From the NCBI RefSeq assembly GCF_003334785.1, contig NZ_QOWV01000050.1: DNA of 3,829 nucleotides; one strand, given 5' to 3'. The DNA is from Escherichia coli (GTDB lineage Bacteria; Pseudomonadota; Gammaproteobacteria; Enterobacterales; Enterobacteriaceae). Below, piece after piece: positions 1 to 3,829 of this stretch. The position numbers and the translations under genes are program-made. Under the pieces are notes generated by a model. It was given only the letters and a program-made list of their open reading frames with translations, searched no databases and had not been told where the DNA came from. How positions within the stretch are numbered: the first letter of the stretch is position 1; the number at the start of each line of letters is the position of its first letter.

Positions 1-62
1 AGAAAATATCCGGCGGGTTCCGGAGCGCCAGTCTGTAGGTTTATCCATCAATAGAACTCCGT

Positions 63-287
63 CTAATTTAGAAGGAGTTCTAATTTAGTCTGCAAGGAGC
101 AGGTGTTACAGACGGCATTGGCTTTACGCTTACCGTTTATATAAAAGCTGTCCTGCAATTTGCGGGTAACAACTTCTGCCAGGCGATTCCGGTTATCCGC
201 CAGTCCGGCATAACCTCTCTCTGTCAGCCACTCATTCAGTTCATGTTTCAGAGACAGATTGATAATATCATAATCGGACCTTGCCAT
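63..287 (-). CDS. Small hypothetical protein, about 74 aa from the ATG at 287 (the ORF track extends it to 99 aa from a TTG at 362); possible DNA-binding or regulatory protein, function unknown
   Basis: Open frame on the minus strand ending at TAG (65..63). The ATG at 287..285 is preceded by AAGGA with about 7 nt spacing (minus-strand reading GCTAAGGAAACGGGA-ATG). The track's start at 362 is a TTG preceded by a GGGGGA run 3 nt upstream. The product (MARSDYDIINLSLKHELNEWLTERGYAGLADNRNRLAEVVTRKL...) has a helical, charged composition and a single CxxC (CNTC) near the C-terminus. Same strand as all neighbours. Confidence 0.45.
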   Translation of the reverse strand: MARSDYDIINLSLKHELNEWLTERGYAGLADNRNRLAEVVTRKLQDSFYINGKRKANAVCNTCSLQTKLELLLN

Positions 288-382
288 TCCCGTTTCCTTA
301 GCACACATTTTCAGGCACGGGGATAAAGTATAAAGAATGTCGTACTGCTGCTGCCAGAGCAATATTCCCCCTGATGGTTGTA

Positions 383-1042
383 TCAGAGATGGTATGCCGG
401 TACTTTGCGGGTTGTTCCTGTCAGGTTATCGTGCACCTCCACGGTCGTGGTCACCACCGGCATTCCGGCCTTTCTCAGCCTCAGAACATCAGCCGCAATA
501 CGCTGACTACCAAACCAGAACAGGCCGTCCAGTGCAGTCACCAGTAAACCCGCCTCCAGTGCATACTTCAGCCGTTCACGGGGCGCTTTCACTTCCCGGG
601 CAACCTGCTGATATGGCAATGATGTGTTTTCATTCCCAACCACGCGACGAATACGGTGAGACAGATGATACCGGAATGTATCCGGCACACCAGAAAGGCT
701 GGCCTTCAGGCTGTACACGCAACCAAACCGTTTATCGTTAAACACCACATTTTTCTGGCTGATGCCCCATTCTTCACGCAGCGCGGCAATCAGTTGTGGT
801 GTCCGGGTAAGCAGCAAGCGAAAAGGCAGTTCAAAACTGGTGACGTAATCCACATTCAGCAGTGCAATACGCAGCCGTTCTTCTGGCCCGGCCTCTGTCT
901 GCCGGCACTCCTCCAGAACATCCTGCCACTGCTGGCGAAGACGGGGCGATTCGTTCCGTTCTGTAAAACAGTATTTATCCGCCAGATAGTCAATTTGTGT
1001 ACGCATACTGAAGAGCATTCCGTATAAAGATTCAGCTGACAA
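383..1042 (-). CDS. Hypothetical protein, about 211-219 aa, no family recognised; start uncertain (TTG at 1042 in the track, first ATG at 1018)
   Basis: Longest ORF in the window, minus strand, stop TGA at 385..383. The translation has protein-like composition with amphipathic helical stretches (LRIALLNVDYVTSFELPFRLLLTRTPQLIAALREEWG), whereas the overlapping plus-strand ORFs (337..741, 656..1027) are Pro/Ser/Arg-rich antisense-like. No Walker, HUH, PD-(D/E)xK or other clear catalytic motif; only a minimal R-x4-H (RYHLSH) that is not diagnostic by itself. None of the candidate starts (TTG 1042, ATG 1018, ATG 1006) has a convincing Shine-Dalgarno, so the N-terminus is uncertain. Confidence 0.6.
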   Translation of the reverse strand: MSAESLYGMLFSMRTQIDYLADKYCFTERNESPRLRQQWQDVLEECRQTEAGPEERLRIALLNVDYVTSFELPFRLLLTRTPQLIAALREEWGISQKNVVFNDKRFGCVYSLKASLSGVPDTFRYHLSHRIRRVVGNENTSLPYQQVAREVKAPRERLKYALEAGLLVTALDGLFWFGSQRIAADVLRLRKAGMPVVTTTVEVHDNLTGTTRKVPAYHL

Positions 1043-1139
1043 AACTTTATCAGTCCATAAGAATCAACGGAAGCACCGATGGTTCACTTGGTCATCGCCA
1101 AGTTTTGCCATAACCGGTAGCAATGATCATTCTGTGTAA

Positions 1140-1310
1140 CTATTTGGCCCACAGATGATGATGTTTATCGATGTCTCCTCTGTCTGAATGTCGCATAAAG
1201 AGGATCATCAGCAGACACAGCCAGTGAACCACCGTCCGCGGAACAAAGCGCCGGACCACATCCGGATCCGGCAGGGGCATGACTGGCATGATCAAGTAAT
1301 TATGTCGCAT
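1140..1310 (-). CDS. Candidate 56-aa small protein with a hydrophobic segment (possible small membrane peptide), apparently coupled to the upstream Cys-rich gene
   Basis: The ATG at 1310..1308 lies 5 nt downstream of the stop of the Cys-rich paralog B (minus-strand reading TGA-GGGAG-ATG, so a GAGGGAG SD-like element overlaps the upstream stop). The product MRHNYLIMPVMPLPDPDVVRRFVPRTVVHWLCLLMILFMRHSDRGDIDKHHHLWAK contains a roughly 14-18 residue hydrophobic stretch. The track's 80-aa version (start 1382) would overlap the upstream gene by about 67 nt and seems less likely. Weak evidence; could be chance. Confidence 0.25.
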   Translation of the reverse strand: MRHNYLIMPVMPLPDPDVVRRFVPRTVVHWLCLLMILFMRHSDRGDIDKHHHLWAK

Positions 1311-1315
1311 CTCCC

Positions 1316-1729
1316 TCACTCCTGGTCCCGGAGCAAATCTGGCTGGTATCTGTAAACATACTTCGTACATGCCGCTCTGCAATAAATCCCCGTACCACAG
1401 GTTTCACAGAACTTCTTCCCATGAAAAAGCCTCTCGCACATCACGCAATGCCACTCCAGCACGACAGGTAATGGCGATAAAAACATCGCCATATCATCAA
1501 TGTAAGGATGGGATTTTTCCGGATTCAGCACCACACAGGCCGCCTTCTGTTGCTCGCTCAGGGCATGTAAATCATGCTCAAACCACGCCCCCTGAGCATC
1601 TGTCTGCAAAATCAACCGACCACGACAGGAAAGGCAGAAACAATGCCTGATATTTCTGCTGAGCGCAGAATCGGCACTGATAATGTGCTCACCCGGCGTG
1701 ATCCCCAGCCCCGTTTTTAGACCGTTCAT
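1316..1729 (-). CDS. Cys-rich putative zinc-binding protein, paralog B (137 aa); function unknown
   Basis: Minus-strand ORF whose ATG (1729..1727) overlaps the stop TGA (1728..1726) of the upstream paralog as ATGA, with a GAGGAGG SD-like sequence inside the upstream gene's 3' end. It shares with paralog A an N-terminal CxxC (CLSC) followed about 13-15 residues later by W-F-E-H (nt about 1574..1585), and a C-terminal W-H-C-x2-C-x9-C-x-T-C-x-T-G signature (WHCVMC...CETCGTG). Conservation of these motifs between two adjacent same-strand ORFs is strong internal evidence that both are real. Confidence 0.72.
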   Translation of the reverse strand: MNGLKTGLGITPGEHIISADSALSRNIRHCFCLSCRGRLILQTDAQGAWFEHDLHALSEQQKAACVVLNPEKSHPYIDDMAMFLSPLPVVLEWHCVMCERLFHGKKFCETCGTGIYCRAACTKYVYRYQPDLLRDQE

Positions 1730-2115
1730 CCTGCCACTGCCTCCTCACTGAAACGCCCTGTATGACAGTGTGTGCAGTACCGCTCCCCATAATAATCGTG
1801 CTGGCATTGTCTGCAGTGCCAGTTGGCTTTACGCACCACGGGTAAGGCATCCGGTACCCATTGCTGTAAGCGTTTAATCAACAGTATTTCTCTGCGCTCC
1901 GGTCTGACATAAGGGCACTCATGACCGTGCTCAGCCAGCCCTTCGCCAGTGTGTTCAAACCAGGGACGCTCGGTATCGTATTGCGGGTGGTATCTGAGCG
2001 CACTGCCGCAAAGGTGACAGGTGTATCGATCGTAAGGCGCTGTCTGTGCAGTACGGGCACCAGTCAGGCGTCCGTTGCCATCGAATGCGAGAAAAGATTT
2101 TGCGTACATCGTCAT
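1726..2115 (-). CDS. Cys-rich putative zinc-binding protein, paralog A (129 aa); function unknown
   Basis: Minus-strand ORF with ATG at 2115..2113 (alternative ATG at 2109) and GAGGAA upstream (minus-strand reading GCTGAGGAAT-ATG). It contains CHLC, then W-F-E-H (nt about 1951..1962), then a C-terminal WHCRQC...CTHCHTG zinc-ribbon-like arrangement, with the same order and spacing as paralog B. The spacing does not match P2 Ogr / P4 Delta zinc fingers as I recall them. Confidence 0.72.
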   Translation of the reverse strand: MTMYAKSFLAFDGNGRLTGARTAQTAPYDRYTCHLCGSALRYHPQYDTERPWFEHTGEGLAEHGHECPYVRPERREILLIKRLQQWVPDALPVVRKANWHCRQCQHDYYGERYCTHCHTGRFSEEAVAG

Positions 2116-2371
2116 ATTCCTCAGCCGCCAGACGACACGCAGGCAGCAACCGTCCCGGTACGGGCAGCGTGGTCAGGGTGTGAATGGCGGTTCAGTTAAA
2201 AATCTGGAATGGGGTTAAGGTAAAACAGACAGGCTGCTGTTACAGCACTGTGGTTGTCACACAATGGCCCACCGACGTAAAAAACTGTCAGCAAGCAGAG
2301 ATGGACATCCAGCGCATGCAGCACCGTTGCAGCCATCAGGGGTTTTACTGGTGTGTCATGTATAGTTAAGT

Positions 2372-2397
2372 CTCCGTATGGTTTCGTTCATACGGAG
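2372..2397. repeat. Perfect inverted repeat / hairpin (9-bp stem CTCCGTATG / CATACGGAG, 8-nt loop GTTTCGTT) in the non-coding gap
   Basis: Read directly: 2372..2380 CTCCGTATG, loop 2381..2388, 2389..2397 CATACGGAG. It sits about 93 nt downstream of the HUH-protein stop (2491) on the minus strand. There is no U-tract on either side, so it is not a canonical intrinsic terminator; it could be an RNA stability element, a protein-binding site or a nick-site hairpin. Confidence 0.5.
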
Positions 2398-2490
2398 TAA
2401 CCACATCGTAAAAAATGCATAGTGCCTCTGAAGTAGCCTCCGGAACCGACTGCAAAGATTAGAGCCAGTCCGCAGTTGTCGCTCAGAACC

Positions 2491-3090
2491 TTATACCTGA
2501 GAACATATCCCCGGCAGGGTGCTGTCCAGTCGCGGTCGCCCCCGGTGACTTTTTTCAGGAAGCCTGCTGCAACCAAGAACGATGCCACATTCTTTCTGTT
2601 CTCGTTTGGCAAGGTAGCTAATGGCATAGCGTAAAGCATTCACCGCTTTGTGGTCTGAATAGTGAATGACGTGGTTAATGTTTACCGGATAATTTTTATT
2701 AAACCGGCACCAGTGGTAGTAACCATTACCATCGGTAACCCGCCTCCAGATATCTCCCATCAATCTGGATACCAGATACGAACTCCTGTGGATCTGACCG
2801 TTCAGATAACCCACAAAATGAATGTGAAGCCCTTTACGTTCCGTATATTCCATCACCCAGGCATACCCGACCAGTTTATCTCCTACCTCGTTAATCAGTT
2901 GCAGCATCTCCGCGCACATGGCATACCTGCAGGCGCATCCGTAGCTGAATGTGTTTTTTCGGTAAGCAAAATCCATTCTGAACGGTAACAGTTTCGAATA
3001 TACCCCGAATAATGAATCCAGATGCTGGTTAAAGTGTGTCAGGAGCTGGGGATCCATTTCGTAACCGGGATTGGCGTTGTAAGTCTTCAT
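2491..3090 (-). CDS. HUH-endonuclease-like (Rep-like) protein, YagK/YfjJ 'inovirus Gp2-like' family, about 199 aa
   Basis: Minus-strand ORF, stop TAA at 2493..2491. The likely start is the ATG at 3090..3088, preceded by GAGGAAG (minus-strand reading ACGAGGAAGAAAC-ATG); the track's upstream ATG at 3117 adds 9 residues and lacks an SD. Sequence shows an HUH motif G-L-H-I-H-F-V (H-I-H at nt 2818..2826) and a downstream Y-L-A-K (nt 2605..2616), the arrangement of HUH relaxase/Rep active sites (His pair for metal, catalytic Tyr in YxxK). The size is about that of E. coli CP4-6 YagK as I remember it. Family name is from memory, not a search. Confidence 0.65.
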   Translation of the reverse strand: MKTYNANPGYEMDPQLLTHFNQHLDSLFGVYSKLLPFRMDFAYRKNTFSYGCACRYAMCAEMLQLINEVGDKLVGYAWVMEYTERKGLHIHFVGYLNGQIHRSSYLVSRLMGDIWRRVTDGNGYYHWCRFNKNYPVNINHVIHYSDHKAVNALRYAISYLAKREQKECGIVLGCSRLPEKSHRGRPRLDSTLPGICSQV

Positions 3091-3265
3091 GTTTCTTCCT
3101 CGTGTTCTGTAACACAAGAAGAAGCGCTGGCGTAATTTTTGAAGAAAACGTTATCACACGAAGACGTGCAAGTTCACAACTCCCCGGGCGCCACAGAGAA
3201 AGTGGGACCACACCCGGGTATCAGAACCATACAGAGAACGGCATACGTGACTGTCAATCACAGCG

Positions 3266-3278
3266 CAGATAATATCTG
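3266..3278. repeat. 13-bp palindrome CAGATA-a-TATCTG between the small gene and the HUH gene
   Basis: Read directly from sequence (6-bp arms, 1-nt centre). It lies in the 231-bp intergenic region upstream of the HUH-protein start on the minus strand; a possible operator, but palindromes of this size are not rare by chance. Confidence 0.3.
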
Positions 3279-3321
3279 ATATGATGTCATTGTGACGACT
3301 GTACTTCATCAGAAACATTTA

Positions 3322-3534
3322 TCAGGTAACATATTTCCAGACTGAAGCGGGAACACGATCGTAAAGTTTGTTCATGGTCAGTTCTGCCAGCCGGTGATCG
3401 ACCGCAGAGTTGAAGGCTTCCATCTCCGCTGGAGTAAGCTTATAACGCGTGTGGGAAATCACTTTTTCCAGTGTCTCCCGGGATGAACAACGACGGAACT
3501 GATACAGCCAGTCTTCTTTGGTCTTAACTTCCAT
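3322..3534 (-). CDS. Small hypothetical protein (70 aa) immediately upstream of the HUH gene; possible regulator, function unknown
   Basis: The ATG at 3534..3532 is preceded by GAGAGGA (minus-strand reading AACGAGAGGATA-ATG); stop at 3324..3322. The track's longer 117-aa version starts at 3675, but that N-terminal extension runs through a palindrome-rich AT-rich region and has no SD, so the shorter form is preferred. Product MEVKTKEDWLYQFRRCSSRETLEKVISHTRYKLTPAEMEAFNSAVDHRLAELTMNKLYDRVPASVWKYVT is charged and helical; it does not resemble AlpA as I recall it. Confidence 0.5.
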   Translation of the reverse strand: MEVKTKEDWLYQFRRCSSRETLEKVISHTRYKLTPAEMEAFNSAVDHRLAELTMNKLYDRVPASVWKYVT

Positions 3535-3571
3535 TATCCTCTCGTTATTTTGTGCTGTGATTAACGTTAAC

Positions 3572-3577
3572 ATAATA
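3572..3577 (-). promoter_or_regulatory. Candidate -10 hexamer TATTAT (minus strand) for the small-protein / HUH-protein transcription unit
   Basis: Minus-strand reading ...GTCAGAATACGTTATTCTGACGG-TATTAT-GTTAACGTTAATCACAGCACAAAATAACGAGAGGATA-ATG. TATTAT matches the sigma70 -10 consensus at 5 of 6 positions and lies about 38 nt upstream of the ATG at 3534. The -35 region is poor (GTCAGA/TCAGAA) and overlaps the 10-bp-arm inverted repeat. Pattern-based only. Confidence 0.3.
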
Positions 3578-3578
3578 C

Positions 3579-3601
3579 CGTCAGAATAACGTATTCTGAC
3601 G
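3579..3601. promoter_or_regulatory. Operator-like perfect inverted repeat CGTCAGAATA-acg-TATTCTGACG (10-bp arms, 3-bp spacer)
   Basis: Read directly: 3579..3588 CGTCAGAATA, spacer 3589..3591, 3592..3601 TATTCTGACG. A perfect 10-bp-arm inverted repeat is unlikely by chance in 3.8 kb, and it overlaps the -35/spacer of the candidate promoter, as expected for a dimeric repressor operator. Confidence 0.45.
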
Positions 3602-3806
3602 TCATCCCGGAAGTCTTTCCACTTTCCTGTCTCTCCGGTAATAAAACATTTTAAATGCTGAAGGCATAACGCCATAACCAGATATTACAAGTAACGTGGC
3701 GTTACACGTGTTAATGCATTACAGAAGTAACAGAGACAATCAGATAGTAAACGTAACCGGCTCATTTAAACCGTCTGGTCTGTTTCCTCCGGCTCTACAA
3801 AAATAA

Positions 3807-3828
3807 TGTCCATCATTTTTAATGGACA
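3807..3828 (-). terminator. Candidate intrinsic terminator for a minus-strand gene lying beyond the window end
   Basis: Stem TGTCCAT (3807..3813) / ATGGACA (3822..3828) with an 8-nt loop. On the minus strand the hairpin is followed by TTATTTTTGT. The stem is short (7 bp, 3 GC) and sits at the window edge, so this is tentative. Confidence 0.35.
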
Positions 3829-3829
3829 C

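Larger units (their letters stand above)
3561..3721. repeat. AT-rich cluster of palindromes and TAACG/GTAAC-containing repeats (TTAACGTTAA 3561..3570; GTAACG-tgg-CGTTAC 3691..3705; CACGTG 3705..3710; TAATGCATTA 3712..3721; CATAAC direct repeat 3664..3677)
   Basis: All elements read directly from the sequence. The density of short palindromes sharing a TAAC core in an AT-rich non-coding stretch suggests a regulatory or iteron-like region; function is inferred, not shown. Confidence 0.4.

Noticed and set aside
337-1027. Plus-strand ORFs 337..741 (134 aa) and 656..1027 (123 aa)
   Set aside because: They lie entirely antisense to the ~219-aa minus-strand gene. Their translations are Pro/Ser/Arg/Gln-rich with low complexity, typical of shadow ORFs, and have no convincing SD. 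The minus-strand frame gives a far more protein-like product.
1086-1106. Short hairpin ACTTGG-tcatcg-CCAAGT followed by TTT on the plus strand (terminator-like)
   Set aside because: The stem is only 6 bp, the T-run is short, and no plus-strand gene lies upstream that it could terminate. On the minus strand there is no U-tract after it. Likely chance, or part of the promoter region of the ~219-aa gene.
1369-1650. Plus-strand ORF 1369..1650 (93 aa)
   Set aside because: Antisense to Cys-rich paralog B, whose reality is supported by its paralogy with the adjacent gene. The translation is Ser/Thr/Pro/His/Arg-rich and unstructured-looking.
1316-2115. Identification of the Cys-rich pair as P2 Ogr / P4 Delta-type late-gene activators
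   Set aside because: The Cys spacing (N-terminal CxxC, then WFEH, then C-terminal CxxC-x9-CxxC over about 130 aa) and overall length do not match the compact roughly 70-aa Ogr C-x2-C-x22-C-x4-C pattern as I recall it. No P2/P4 structural or primase genes are present in the window.
1878-2199. Overlapping ORFs 1878..2060 (-), 1955..2149 (-) and 1921..2199 (+)
   Set aside because: All overlap Cys-rich paralog A in alternative frames or antisense. Paralog A's frame is supported by conserved motifs shared with paralog B; these alternative frames carry no such support.
2184-2369. Plus-strand 61-aa ORF in the 375-bp gap
   Set aside because: It is the only plus-strand candidate not antisense to a gene, but its composition is odd (Cys/Trp/Gln-rich), the SD is weak, and it would be the sole plus-strand gene in a uniformly minus-strand array. 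Kept as a note under the gap finding rather than called as a feature.
2388-2639. Minus-strand ORF 2388..2639 (83 aa) overlapping the 3' end of the HUH gene in another frame; considered as a possible frameshifted C-terminal continuation (pseudogene)
   Set aside because: The HUH ORF already contains both catalytic motifs (HIH and YLAK) and is about the size I recall for YagK-type proteins, so a frameshift is not needed to explain it. The alternative frame has no recognisable features. The frameshift reading cannot be fully excluded without homolog alignment.
2662-2988. Plus-strand ORF 2662..2988 (108 aa)
   Set aside because: Antisense to the HUH-protein gene; Pro/Ile/Val-rich translation with no SD; almost certainly a shadow ORF.
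2990-3002. tRNA T-loop-like motif GTTTCGAAT
   Set aside because: It lies inside the HUH-protein coding sequence with no flanking acceptor or anticodon stem pattern that I can build; judged a chance match.
3029-3272. ORFs 3029..3211 (-) and 3036..3272 (+) in the region between the small gene and the HUH gene
   Set aside because: They span the HUH gene start and its upstream intergenic region, the translations are Arg/Ser-rich and low complexity, and the minus-strand one would overlap the well-supported HUH start with SD. Treated as non-coding promoter/leader sequence.
3322-3675. Longer 117-aa version of the small protein starting at ATG 3675
   Set aside because: The N-terminal extension would be translated through the palindrome-rich AT-rich region, which looks regulatory, and has no SD, whereas the internal ATG at 3534 has a clear GAGAGGA SD. 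The shorter 70-aa form is preferred.

Overview
This 3.8 kb window is gene-dense and entirely co-directional: every credible coding region is on the minus strand, and all plus-strand ORFs in the track look like antisense shadows. No rRNA, tRNA, CRISPR array, integrase or transposase is visible. Reading in the direction of transcription (high to low coordinates): (1) a weak terminator-like hairpin at the window edge, then an AT-rich, palindrome-dense regulatory region; (2) a 70-aa small protein (3534..3322); (3) a ~199-aa protein with intact HUH (H-I-H) and YxxK (Y-L-A-K) motifs, which I recognise from memory as the YagK/YfjJ 'inovirus Gp2-like' family found in enterobacterial cryptic-prophage islands (3090..2491); (4) a 375-bp non-coding gap containing a perfect 9-bp-stem hairpin; (5) two adjacent paralogous Cys-rich proteins (129 and 137 aa) that share a W-F-E-H motif and a C-terminal WHCxxC...CxxC zinc-ribbon-like signature and overlap by ATGA (2115..1726 and 1729..1316); (6) a possible 56-aa hydrophobic micro-ORF (1310..1140); (7) a ~211-219-aa protein with no family I can recognise (1042..383); (8) a small 74-99-aa protein (287/362..63). 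The context looks like accessory-island cargo downstream of a Rep-like HUH gene. The best candidate for something undescribed is the coupled pair of Cys-rich paralogs plus the unknown ~219-aa protein, but I cannot assign a function from sequence alone. All family assignments are from memory and motif reading; no searches were run.
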